In this document: piece after piece, positions 52,336 to 61,386 of the stretch | How positions within the stretch are numbered: position 1 is the stretch's first letter | How the letters are laid out: every line of letters begins with the position of its first letter | DNA from: a virus | Lineage: Duplodnaviria > Heunggongvirae > Uroviricota > Caudoviricetes | DNA: 64,000 nt | Direction: 5' to 3' (one strand) | IMG/VR virus record: IMGVR_UViG_3300020577_006835 | Coordinates: 4,588 to 68,587 of that record | Position numbers and translations under genes: made by a program | Notes under the pieces: generated by a model | Database searches by the model: none | What the model was told of the DNA's origin: nothing | Seen by the model: the letters and a program-made list of their open reading frames with translations, nothing else

Positions 52336-52365
52336 TTGACTGTTTCATCAGAACGGTGCTAGGAC
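52336..52365 (+). promoter_or_regulatory. Sigma70-like promoter
   Basis: TTGACT-N18-TAGGAC with TGC. Confidence 0.65.
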
Positions 52366-52474
52366 CCCACGCAACATGGAGCAGACGATGATCAACTGCT
52401 GAGTACGGGCACCACCGCGGCAGCCAGTGGCTGGAAGGTTCTCGACATCAACCTTTACCTACTGGGGGTCCATC

Positions 52475-52900
52475 ATGGACAAGCTGCCGCTCAATGTTTG
52501 GCAGGCGAACTTCAAAGACAAGCAGCACTACCTCGACTTCCGAGCCCGGTGGTCGAAGCTGTGCAGCCCCACACCGTATCCCGGTCGGCCTGAGCTGACG
52601 CCGACCCACTACCTCGTATACGCAGCTCTTCGCGGCCGTGACTGGCGACGAGGTTTCACGCCGATCACCAACCCGCACAAGCTGGCCAACGGTGGCCGCG
52701 ACGACCAAGGCTGGGTCCACGCGCTGCGAGCGCTGCACTCGACCTGGTCGGAGAACTGGATCATCTCGGTGTTCGATGGGCTGGTGACGAGTGAGATGCT
52801 GGCCAGGGTCAGAGCCATGGTCCCGACCTGGGACTGGCGCAACGGCCCGTACCCCAGCAAGCTCGAAGACGCCTACGTCAACGTCCCCGAAGCCCCGTGA
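52475..52900 (+). CDS. Hypothetical protein
   Basis: HYLVYAALRGRDWRRGFTP.TNP.KLANG. Confidence 0.65.
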   Translation: MDKLPLNVWQANFKDKQHYLDFRARWSKLCSPTPYPGRPELTPTHYLVYAALRGRDWRRGFTPITNPHKLANGGRDDQGWVHALRALHSTWSENWIISVFDGLVTSEMLARVRAMVPTWDWRNGPYPSKLEDAYVNVPEAP

Positions 52901-53232
52901 AGATCCCGTACATCTACGTCTTCGTGAGAGCTGACATCCCGGTCATCGGGCAGCTTGTCCAAGTCGGGCATGCTTGCTACCAGGCCGGGGCTCAGTTTGG
53001 TCAAGAGGAAGTTCCGCACCTGATCCTGATTGGGGTGCCGGACGAGGAGAGTCTCCTGGGAGAGGCGAGGCGGGTCCAGAGACGTGGTATCCGCATCGAG
53101 GTCTTCCACGAGACCGGGGTGGTGTACGCCGGGAGAACTGACCCGGTCAGCGGCTACACCGCGGCTTGCACAGAGCCGCTGCGGGGGGACGTGAGACGGT
53201 GGTTCAAGCGCTACGAGTTGTACTCGCTCTAG
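52897..53232 (+). CDS. Peptidyl-tRNA hydrolase II (PTH2)-like protein
   Basis: YVFVRADI...Q.VQVGHA...LILIGV.DEESL...F.E...TAACT.P. Confidence 0.7.
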   Translation: MKIPYIYVFVRADIPVIGQLVQVGHACYQAGAQFGQEEVPHLILIGVPDEESLLGEARRVQRRGIRIEVFHETGVVYAGRTDPVSGYTAACTEPLRGDVRRWFKRYELYSL

Positions 53233-53843
53233 CGGTCCTGTCGGGCTGCTCCTCTTTCATGACGGAGTATCCGACCCAGGACGCCTACCGTGCGTCGCTG
53301 GAGGTGCGGTATGCCTCCGGAGTTCTCCCTCCGGAGGCATACTCGAATCGAGCTGAACGGAATCGAGTCGTCGATGAGTTGGTTTGGACCATTGACAACG
53401 ACTTCCAGAACTATGTAGAGAGCCTCTACGCATCTGGCGCACTGTTCGACACGATAACTGACTTGGTGATTCTTGGAGCCGCGTCAGCCTCTACTGTGGC
53501 TGGCGGGGAGGGAGCCAAGACGATCCTGTCTGCTGTCGCTGCGGGTGTGACGGGTGCGAGATCAACTATCAACAAGAACTTCTTTGCAGAACAATCCAAA
53601 GTCGCACTGATCAGCAAAATGAAAGAGATGCGAGCACGCACACTACTTCGAATCGAAGAGGGGAAGCGAACGCCGATCTCTGTCTACCCGATGTCGCAGG
53701 CCATGGTCGATCTGCAGGCGTACTACTTCGCCGGCAACATCCTATCGGCCTTGCAGGACATCACCCGGGAAGCTGGTGAAGGTCTCACGCAGCAGCAGGA
53801 AGCTCTGCGTCTGATCCGCCGGCAGGCAGACGACGCGCAGTAA
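53199..53843 (+). CDS. Putative lipoprotein
   Basis: VLALAVLSGC lipobox; AT-richer codon usage. Confidence 0.7.
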   Translation: MVQALRVVLALAVLSGCSSFMTEYPTQDAYRASLEVRYASGVLPPEAYSNRAERNRVVDELVWTIDNDFQNYVESLYASGALFDTITDLVILGAASASTVAGGEGAKTILSAVAAGVTGARSTINKNFFAEQSKVALISKMKEMRARTLLRIEEGKRTPISVYPMSQAMVDLQAYYFAGNILSALQDITREAGEGLTQQQEALRLIRRQADDAQ

Positions 53844-53949
53844 AAAAAGCCAATTTTTAGCTAGACATACACGAAGCCAACTCATAGTCAGTTTGTGGTT
53901 GTGGTGGAGGAGAGGGTTTCCGTGGTTGAAGTGACTGAAAGGGTTGTTG

Positions 53950-54432
53950 ATGAAGAGGTTCGAAGAGCTGGAGTTGCTTCGAGGCGCTGTCGCTGCAGTT
54001 GAGAAGTTCTTTCCCGAGTGCCCGTTCCTGTCCGAGGAGGAGAAGGCCAGAATCCTCCGCATCCCGATCGACATGGCCGCCGGTGACGCCGACAACCTCG
54101 AAGAGGATCGGTCGCGCCACATGCGGCTGGAGGTCGAGATCTCCTGGCTGGACGCTACCCTGACCTACCTGGTCGAGGAGGCAAACCAGCAGGCGGAGAA
54201 GCTCCGCGGCGACATCATCGTCCGGAACACGCAGGGCAGGGACAAGGCCCCGGCAGAGCACATCCTCAAGGGTGTGATCGCAGCCGACACGGACTACGCA
54301 GCATGGCGCGAAGAGGCCGCCAAGCGCGAGAGGCTCAGGAAGTTCGTCAGCGGGCTCGCGTTCGCGATGGGCCGCCGCAACGACATCCTGAAGGACTTGT
54401 CCCGCGAGCAGAACGCCCGCGTCGGGCAGTAA
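53950..54432 (+). CDS. Helical protein, UvsY-like recombination mediator candidate
   Basis: Coiled-coil character; lies directly before the ssDNA-binding gene. Confidence 0.5.
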   Translation: MKRFEELELLRGAVAAVEKFFPECPFLSEEEKARILRIPIDMAAGDADNLEEDRSRHMRLEVEISWLDATLTYLVEEANQQAEKLRGDIIVRNTQGRDKAPAEHILKGVIAADTDYAAWREEAAKRERLRKFVSGLAFAMGRRNDILKDLSREQNARVGQ

Positions 54433-54462
54433 ACCAAGAGAAGTCAAGAGAGGAATTTGAAA

Positions 54463-55533
54463 ATGGCAGGAAGTTACAGAGGTTTGGATTTCGGCAAGCT
54501 GAAGACCGAGGCCGCGAGGATCGACGAGCGGGCTGCGAACCGTGAGAACGGCAGCAACCGCAAGGTGTTCCCCAAGGAGGCCTTCTACAACCTCGATCAG
54601 GGTGAGCACGACATCCGCATCCTGCCCCCGGGCTACGAGGACGTCGAGTACATCCCGGGCGGCAAGATCGCGATGCTGGTCTTCGACCACAACAACGTCC
54701 CTGGCGACGTGGTCAACCCGAAGACCGGCCGCAAGGACAAGTACCGCTGCCCGCGCGCGACGTACCCGGAGCTGGGCATCCCGTGCCCGATCTGCGCCGC
54801 GCTCTCCGAGATGTGGGAGTGGTTCAAGGCTGCCGGCCTGACCGACGCCGAGCAGAAGAGCAAGAAGAGCAACTACTACATGCGCCGCAAGGCGTACGTG
54901 AACGCGATCGTGCGCGGCGACAAGACGCTGCGCGACCTGGAGTACCAGGGCCAGGTTCTGCGCGCCCCCAAGGTGCGCATCATCGGCATGCCGGTGGCTG
55001 CGATCTACGAGCCGCTCGTGCAGGCCATGGTGCAGACCGACGACGACACCGGTGACTACATCATCGGCGACATCACCAACCCGGTGCGCGGTCGCGACAT
55101 CCGGATCACGGTCAAGGGCACCGGTCTCGACACCGAGTACAAGCACCTGATCCGTGACCGCAGCGAGCTGCACAAGGACGAGCGCGTGGCCGAGGCGCTG
55201 ATGGCCGACGGCTACAAGATCTCGGACATCTTCTCCGTGCCGACCGACGCTCAGTTGTCCCGCATGCGTGTCGTGGCCGACCGGCTGCGCACCAACGTGA
55301 TCGGCTCCCCGGTCGAGCCGATGGCCATCATGGACGACGGCAGCAAGGTGCCGCCGGGAGAGGCCGAGCCGACCGAGCTGTTCACCTCGTCACGCCCGAG
55401 CTGCTACGGCAACCACGTCCCGAAGCACCGCAAGTGCCTCATCTGCCCGGTCGAGCAGAACTGCCTCTCCGAGGACGAGACGCAGGCCAAGGACATCGCC
55501 GAGCGCAAGAAGTTCCACGGCATCACCGCCTGA
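54463..55533 (+). CDS. T4 gp32-like single-stranded DNA-binding protein
   Basis: IRILPP, CP......CPIC, KAYVNAIV, DIT.P..GRD..I...GTG..TEY. Confidence 0.8.
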   Translation: MAGSYRGLDFGKLKTEAARIDERAANRENGSNRKVFPKEAFYNLDQGEHDIRILPPGYEDVEYIPGGKIAMLVFDHNNVPGDVVNPKTGRKDKYRCPRATYPELGIPCPICAALSEMWEWFKAAGLTDAEQKSKKSNYYMRRKAYVNAIVRGDKTLRDLEYQGQVLRAPKVRIIGMPVAAIYEPLVQAMVQTDDDTGDYIIGDITNPVRGRDIRITVKGTGLDTEYKHLIRDRSELHKDERVAEALMADGYKISDIFSVPTDAQLSRMRVVADRLRTNVIGSPVEPMAIMDDGSKVPPGEAEPTELFTSSRPSCYGNHVPKHRKCLICPVEQNCLSEDETQAKDIAERKKFHGITA

Positions 55534-55540
55534 GGGCAAC

Positions 55541-56494
55541 GTGCTCGTCATCGTAGACGGCAACCACCTGCTACACCGTGTCTGCCGGGTGGACAGCCTC
55601 ACGGCTCTCCAGGCCCCGGAGCACGGTGGCAAGTGGGGAGGGGTGTTCGGCTTCGTGCGTTCGCTGCAGTACGCGCTGCGCAACGCCGATGCCGACCGCT
55701 GCGTCGTCGTCTGGGATAGCGGGCTCTCCGAGCGCCGGCTGAATCTCTACCCGGAGTACAAGTCCCATCGTCGCGGCAAGCCGCAGACGCAGAAGGACAT
55801 CGACTACAAGCTCAACTTCAACTTGCAGCAGGTCTACGTGAAGGAGGTTCTCCCTCTGCTGGGGATCTCCATGCTCTCCCTGAAAGGTAGGGAGGGTGAC
55901 GACCTGATCTGGTCTGCAAGAGAGGTGGGGCGACGGGTAGGGCTTCAGCCGGCCGTGGTGATCTCGGAGGACAAGGACTTCTACTTGATCGTCGACGAGA
56001 CCACGATTCTCTACCGACCGATCAGGAAGATCTACGTCAACCGGGAGAACTTCGAAGAGGTGACCGGCATCCCGTATGGCAGGGCGACGTTGTACAAGTC
56101 CTTGCTCGGTGACAGCGGCGACTACATCAAGGGTGTGCCTGGTGTGGGTCCGGAGACCGTCAAGGAGGTCGTGCTCAACTGCCCGGACACGGACTGGGAC
56201 TCAGTCGAAGCCTTCTGCAGGAAGCACAAGAGTTCCCGGGTCAAGAAGATCGCCGAGAGCATGGACATCGTGAAGAGGAACTACGACCTGGTCACACTGG
56301 GTTTGGAGACCTTCACCGAAGAAGAACAGCAGACAATCGAAGACGTCATCACAGTAAAGAGGCCGGTCGACTTCAACGAAGCTCTGAAGCTCTTCATGCA
56401 GATGGAGTTCAAGAGCATCACCAAGACGTTCACGGAATGGATGGTGCCCTTCGTGTCGATCGGAGCCCGCTGGGGAAGAACAAGGGTGGCTTGA
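55541..56494 (+). CDS. 5'-3' exonuclease (flap endonuclease/T4 RNase H family)
   Basis: IVDGNHL, YPEYK.HR, EGDDLI, SEDKDF, GDSGDYIKGVPGVG. Confidence 0.93.
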   Translation: MLVIVDGNHLLHRVCRVDSLTALQAPEHGGKWGGVFGFVRSLQYALRNADADRCVVVWDSGLSERRLNLYPEYKSHRRGKPQTQKDIDYKLNFNLQQVYVKEVLPLLGISMLSLKGREGDDLIWSAREVGRRVGLQPAVVISEDKDFYLIVDETTILYRPIRKIYVNRENFEEVTGIPYGRATLYKSLLGDSGDYIKGVPGVGPETVKEVVLNCPDTDWDSVEAFCRKHKSSRVKKIAESMDIVKRNYDLVTLGLETFTEEEQQTIEDVITVKRPVDFNEALKLFMQMEFKSITKTFTEWMVPFVSIGARWGRTRVA

Positions 56495-57573
56495 TGAGGG
56501 GTAGCAAGAAAACGGCGCCGGCCGACTCCGCCAGGTTGGATGCGCTGCGGTCGGTCGTCACGGATCTCAACAAGATGTTCAAGGAAGAGGTCGCGACCGT
56601 GGCCTCCGAGGGTGGTGGGCTTCTCGGCGACGTCAAGAAGTTCGTCTCGACCGGTGTGTACCAGCTGGACCTGGCGCTCCGCGGCGGCATCCCGCTCGGC
56701 CGCGTGGTCGAGGTCTTCGGCTGGCCGTCGGCCGGCAAGACGACGCTCTCGATGCAGATCGCGGCCCAGTTCCAGAAGGCTGGCGGCGTGGTCGTGCTCT
56801 TCGACTCCGAGTTCGCATGGGAAGAGGAGCGCGTCCGCAAGATGGGCGTCGACCCGGCAGCCATGCTCGTGATGAAGAACGGCAACGTCATCGAGGACGT
56901 GTTCGAGCAGTCCGAGGCGATCATCAAGAAGCTCAGGTCGGTCGAGGGCATGGAGGACGTGCCGATCCTGATCATCTGGGACAGCTACGCCATGTCGGAC
57001 ACGCGCATCGCTCAGGCCGAGGATGCCAAGGACGAGATCGCGACCGCCAAGCCCAAGGCGCTGCGCAAGGGGCTGCGCCGCTTGACCAAGATCATGAACA
57101 ACATGGACGTGACCTTCCTGGCCGTGAACCAGATGGTCAACGGCCCCAGTGGGCCGAGCACTCCAGGGCCGGCGTTGCAGTTCGCGGCCTCGATGCGGAT
57201 CAAGGTCGCCAAGCTGCTGACCCTGAAGTCGGACACGGTCGGCCCGATCGGCATCCAGGTGGGCGCCTTCGTCGAGAAGAACAAGGTCTCCGGAGCCATG
57301 CCCAAGGCCTTCGACGTCAAGTTCCCGATCTTCTACGAGGGCGGCGTCGACGAGGACGCGGCCATGCTGGAGTACCTGGGTGCGCTGAGCATCCCTCAGG
57401 TCAAGAAGGCCGGGGCCTGGTACACCCTGAACGCTCCGTCAGGGGTGATCAAGACCCAGGCTCGCGAGGCGCGAGGCAAGCTGGACCAGGACCCGAAGGC
57501 CAGGGAGTGGCTGAGGACGATCGTCAAGGCCAACTTCCTCAGGAACCCGGCCGAAGCCGTCACGGAGGGGTAG
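56494..57573 (+). CDS. recA: RecA/UvsX recombinase
   Basis: GGIPLGRVVEVFGWPSAGKTT, FDSE, IIWDS, LAVNQ, ALQFAASMRI, VEKNKV, AGAWY. Confidence 0.92.
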   Translation: MRGSKKTAPADSARLDALRSVVTDLNKMFKEEVATVASEGGGLLGDVKKFVSTGVYQLDLALRGGIPLGRVVEVFGWPSAGKTTLSMQIAAQFQKAGGVVVLFDSEFAWEEERVRKMGVDPAAMLVMKNGNVIEDVFEQSEAIIKKLRSVEGMEDVPILIIWDSYAMSDTRIAQAEDAKDEIATAKPKALRKGLRRLTKIMNNMDVTFLAVNQMVNGPSGPSTPGPALQFAASMRIKVAKLLTLKSDTVGPIGIQVGAFVEKNKVSGAMPKAFDVKFPIFYEGGVDEDAAMLEYLGALSIPQVKKAGAWYTLNAPSGVIKTQAREARGKLDQDPKAREWLRTIVKANFLRNPAEAVTEG

Positions 57574-57846
57574 ATGAAGCCGGCCCTCGTGCAGAGCATC
57601 CCGACTGACTACTCGGCGGAGCGTCTCACCGAGAAGCACACCCCGGAAGGTGTGAAGACCTTCGCGGTCTTGAAGGACTCCGTGTTCGGAGTCTTGGAGG
57701 GGCGGATCTTGAAGCAGGGTGACTGGGTGCTGACCGACCGCGAGGGGCGCAAGCACACGGTGACGGACAAGTACTTCAGAAAGCACTACGAGCCGATCGA
57801 CCCAGAGGCCAAGGGTGAGATCGAGCAGTTCGGCGAGGAGGAGTAG
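57574..57846 (+). CDS. PGDYG-like small protein
   Basis: KQGDWVLTD.EG......KYF..HYE. Confidence 0.6.
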   Translation: MKPALVQSIPTDYSAERLTEKHTPEGVKTFAVLKDSVFGVLEGRILKQGDWVLTDREGRKHTVTDKYFRKHYEPIDPEAKGEIEQFGEEE

Positions 57847-58122
57847 GTGAAGTTCCGCAGGCTAGTCGCCGACGAAAACTCGGAGCGTTGGGATCGGCAG
57901 AGGTGGCAGGAGATCTCTCTCACGATCCACATGATGCGCACTGACTGCGACATGTCGTCTGAAGAGATCCTGCGCGAACTTCAGAAGTACAGGGATTGCT
58001 TCCCTGAAGACATGCAGGACGAGCCGCTGCCGTCCACCATGCGTGTTCTGCAACACTTGATGTGGGGTATTCACATCGGCGTTGTGGAGCCCAAGGACGA
58101 CCGCGTGCAGGTGGAGGAGTAG
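57847..58122 (+). CDS. Hypothetical protein
   Basis: GAGGAG SD; abuts the previous stop. Confidence 0.55.
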   Translation: MKFRRLVADENSERWDRQRWQEISLTIHMMRTDCDMSSEEILRELQKYRDCFPEDMQDEPLPSTMRVLQHLMWGIHIGVVEPKDDRVQVEE

Positions 58123-58380
58123 GTGGAGCTGATTGCAGGAGAGGTCTACACGGCGGTCGACAAGATGCTCTCGCAGCACGGGCTCGCCGATGCTTGGTAC
58201 TACGACAAGTACGACGGCAGGCTCAACAAGCGACTGTTGCGTGCGAGCCTGAAGAGCAAGACCAGCTCGCGGTACTTCGAGGTGCGCGTGCACACGAACG
58301 CGGGCAAGACGAACGACGAGTTGATGGTCAATCAGCAGGACGTGGACACGTTGCTGAGGATGAGGAAGGAGGTGGAGTAG
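58123..58380 (+). CDS. Hypothetical protein
   Basis: GGAGGAG SD; abuts the previous stop. Confidence 0.6.
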   Translation: MELIAGEVYTAVDKMLSQHGLADAWYYDKYDGRLNKRLLRASLKSKTSSRYFEVRVHTNAGKTNDELMVNQQDVDTLLRMRKEVE

Positions 58381-58381
58381 G

Positions 58382-58693
58382 ATGCCACAGTTCAGGAAGA
58401 AGCCGGTTGTGATCAGCGCGGAGCGCTTCCACAACGGACACATCCCGGATGGGATGAAGCTGATCGGAGAGGACCCTGAGCTGCCGACCGCGGTGCACAC
58501 CGAGGACGGCATGAAGACGCTCACCCCTGGCGTGGACGGCTGGATCGTCACGCTGGAGGGCGGCTTCCACGTGACCCCAGGCGACTGGGTGGTCACGGGT
58601 ATCAAGGGCGAGAAGTACAGCTGCAAGGATGACATCTTCCGTAACAGCCACGACGCGGTCGATGCTGAGGGTGAGGCTGCGTTCGCAGCCTGA
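58382..58693 (+). CDS. PGDYG-like phage protein
   Basis: FRKKPVVISA...TLEG...VTPGDWVVTGIKGEKYSCK.DIF. Confidence 0.8.
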   Translation: MPQFRKKPVVISAERFHNGHIPDGMKLIGEDPELPTAVHTEDGMKTLTPGVDGWIVTLEGGFHVTPGDWVVTGIKGEKYSCKDDIFRNSHDAVDAEGEAAFAA

Positions 58694-58698
58694 AGGAC

Positions 58699-58786
58699 GG
58701 GTGGTCGCATTCTGCGGGTGACCGCGTCGAAGGTGCACGACACACACTTGGGTCACCGGGCCGGCTTGGAGCCGGCCCGCCACCCT
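58699..58786 (+). ncRNA. Cloverleaf-like structured element upstream of groES
   Basis: Four stems: GGGTGGT/GCCACCC, CGCA/TGCG, GGTGACC/GGTCACC, GGGCCGGC/GCCGGCCC. Confidence 0.4.
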
Positions 58787-58807
58787 TGAAACAAGCAAGG
58801 AGGTACG

Positions 58808-59095
58808 ATGAAGTTCAATGCAGTTGGTGATCGCATTCTGGTGCAGCCGCTCCCTCAGGCAGAGGTCAGCCCGGGTGGGATCTTCATCCCGGACTCAGCC
58901 CAGCAGCCGCAGATGTACGGCAAGGTGATCTCTGCCGGCGCGGGCAAGCTGAACAAGGACGGCTCGCGCGAGGAGCCGCTCGTCAAAGAGGGCGACGTCG
59001 TCCTGTACCCGCTCTACACGGGGCAGGACATCATCATCGACGGCGTCCCGTACATCGTCTTCCGCGAGAACCACATCATCGGCGTCGTGGAGTGA
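58808..59095 (+). CDS. groES: Co-chaperonin GroES
   Basis: GDRILV, SPGGIFIPDSA, GKVISAGAG, VKEGDVVLY, ENHIIGVV. Confidence 0.95.
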   Translation: MKFNAVGDRILVQPLPQAEVSPGGIFIPDSAQQPQMYGKVISAGAGKLNKDGSREEPLVKEGDVVLYPLYTGQDIIIDGVPYIVFRENHIIGVVE

Positions 59096-60198
59096 TCACC
59101 AAGATCAAGCTCACGAACTTCCAGTCTCACAAGGACACTGAGCTGGAACTTCACCCTGGTCTGAACGTCATCTACGGCGAGTCGGACCAAGGTAAGACGG
59201 CCATCCTGCGTGCGCTCACGTGGGTGATGACCAACAGGCCCCTGTCGAACAGGTTCCTCATGCGCGGTGCCAAGGAGTGCCGCGTCGAGATCACCACCGA
59301 CAAGGGCACTGTCGTTCGTGAGCGGCGACGTGGCTTCAACGGCTACATCGTCAATGGGGAAACCTTCAAGGAGATCGGCTCGTCCGTGCCGCCGCAGGTG
59401 GCCGAGGTGCTCAATCTCGGCGAGATCAACCTGCAGCCGCAGCTGTCCCCGTTCTTCTTGATCACGCAGAGCCCAGGTCAGATCGCGCGCTACATCTCGG
59501 AGCTGCTCGGCTACGACGTGATCGACCTGGCGCAGTCCGAGTGCAAGAGCAGGCTCACCGCTGCAACGTCGCTGGTCAACGAGACCAGCGCTTCCATGCA
59601 GCAGGTCAACGAGCAGCTGGACAAGCTGTCTGTAGTTGACGAGCTGCAGGAGTTGCTGGCCCAGGCCGATGAAGCCGACGAGCGCCGAGCCGGGCTGGTC
59701 GAGCAGAAGGCCAGGCTGGAGTTCAACCTCAACGAGGCCGCTGAGCAGAGCGTGGCCATCGAGAGCTACAGGCGTACGTTGGACGGCGTCGAGCAGGTCA
59801 ACGATCAGCTCACCGCCTTCGTCGGCGACGCCGAGGCTCTGGTACGCGAGCATCACCGTCTCGGTGAGATCCTGGTCAACACGCTGGGTCCGAAGGTGGT
59901 GATCCAGAAGCACGCCGGGCTCAGAGAGACGGCCAAGCTCATCGACAAGCTAGAGACTGTCTGCGATGTCGCGACGGCGCTCAACGCTGAGTTCCTGAGC
60001 TTGGAGAGAGGGGTCGCAGCTGTCAACGGCGCGGCCAGGAGCGTTCAAGTACGAGCCGAGACTGCGGCGGCCTACGAGGACGAGTTGACCAAGGCCAGGG
60101 AGCAGTACGCAGAGCAGCTGTTCGAGCAGGGCTACTGCCCGTACTGCAACACCGAGCTGGACCACACCATGGCCACCCACATCAGCGAGGCGATCTGA
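59092..60198 (+). CDS. SbcC/Rad50 (gp46-like) ATPase, N-terminal half
   Basis: LTNFQSH, GESDQGKT, Q-loop, coiled coil ending in CPYC. Confidence 0.88.
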   Translation: MITKIKLTNFQSHKDTELELHPGLNVIYGESDQGKTAILRALTWVMTNRPLSNRFLMRGAKECRVEITTDKGTVVRERRRGFNGYIVNGETFKEIGSSVPPQVAEVLNLGEINLQPQLSPFFLITQSPGQIARYISELLGYDVIDLAQSECKSRLTAATSLVNETSASMQQVNEQLDKLSVVDELQELLAQADEADERRAGLVEQKARLEFNLNEAAEQSVAIESYRRTLDGVEQVNDQLTAFVGDAEALVREHHRLGEILVNTLGPKVVIQKHAGLRETAKLIDKLETVCDVATALNAEFLSLERGVAAVNGAARSVQVRAETAAAYEDELTKAREQYAEQLFEQGYCPYCNTELDHTMATHISEAI

Positions 60199-61145
60199 TG
60201 CGCAAGCTGATCCTGGTAGGCGACGTGCACGCGCGCTCGACGAGCCCGCTCCGCAGGAAGGACGACTTCCAGAAGACGCACCGGCAGAAGCTGGCCCAGG
60301 TGCTCGCGCTGGGCAACAAGTACGAGGCCCCTCTTCTGCTGACAGGGGACGTGTTCGACGCCAAGAGTCTCACGCTGGCGACGCTGATCGACTACCTGAT
60401 GATCTTCGCCTCGTACAAGCACGGCATCTACGCCGCACCCGGCAACCACGACCTGTACGGCACGTCGCTCGCTTCGGTCGAGCGCTCGCCGATCGGTGTG
60501 CTGACCGCGGCCGGCGTGGTGAAGCTGCTTGGGCACATCCCGACCCAGATCTACGACGACGTGCTGGCCTGCGGGCACAGCTACATGCACGACGGCAAGC
60601 CGGCCCCGGTGCCAGGCTTCCACAACGTCCTCGTCACGCACGAGATGATCCTCGAAGACAAGCTATGGATGGAGCAGGAGGCCTTCACCTACGTCGGTGA
60701 CTACCTGCTGAAGAACCGAGGCTGGGACCTCACTCTCTGCGGCCACTACCACTACGAGTTCGCCCGCCGCGTGGGTGACGCCTGGATCGTGAACCCGGGC
60801 GCGCTGGTGCGCGTCAAGGCGTCCAAGGGTGACATGGCGCTCAAGCCTGGTGTCGGTCTGTACGACATCGAGGAGCGCACGTACGAGAAGATCTTCATCG
60901 AGGCCGCACCGGTCGAGGAGGTCTTCACCGCGGCGCTGATCCAGAACCCGAAGATCGACAACGCGGAGATCACCAAGTTCGTCGAGGAGATCTCGGTCAA
61001 CGAGGAGGCCATCCTGCACGGTGACCTTTCCGAGGTGGCCATGCTCGTGCTGAGAGACGCGAAGCCGGCGCAGGACGTGGCCGACACGGTGCGCGACCTG
61101 CTGGCCCTGGCCGAGGAGAGGAAGAGGAATGCTGTCGCTCGATGA
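60198..61145 (+). CDS. SbcD/Mre11 (gp47-like) nuclease
   Basis: GDVH, TGDVFD, GNHD, THEM, CGHYH, NPGALVR. Confidence 0.9.
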   Translation: MRKLILVGDVHARSTSPLRRKDDFQKTHRQKLAQVLALGNKYEAPLLLTGDVFDAKSLTLATLIDYLMIFASYKHGIYAAPGNHDLYGTSLASVERSPIGVLTAAGVVKLLGHIPTQIYDDVLACGHSYMHDGKPAPVPGFHNVLVTHEMILEDKLWMEQEAFTYVGDYLLKNRGWDLTLCGHYHYEFARRVGDAWIVNPGALVRVKASKGDMALKPGVGLYDIEERTYEKIFIEAAPVEEVFTAALIQNPKIDNAEITKFVEEISVNEEAILHGDLSEVAMLVLRDAKPAQDVADTVRDLLALAEERKRNAVAR

Positions 61146-61386
61146 AATGAAGAGCATGCTCAACGTGCTGAAGGACAAGCGCGACCGCGCTCTGCGCGAC
61201 CTGGCCGTAGCAGAGAACCAGCTGGCTCTGTCGCAGAAGGCTCTCAAGGAGGAGTTCGGCGTCGAGACCGTCGAGGACGGTCAGGCCATGCTGACCGTGC
61301 TGCAGAACAAGATCGAGGGCGTGCAGACGCAGTGGGACAGCCTGATGGAGCAGATCCAGCAGAAGGTGACCCTTGCCGAGTCCTGA
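61129..61386 (+). CDS. Small coiled-coil protein
   Basis: Heptad pattern; lies between the nuclease and the SbcC C-half. Confidence 0.65.
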   Translation: MLSLDEMKSMLNVLKDKRDRALRDLAVAENQLALSQKALKEEFGVETVEDGQAMLTVLQNKIEGVQTQWDSLMEQIQQKVTLAES

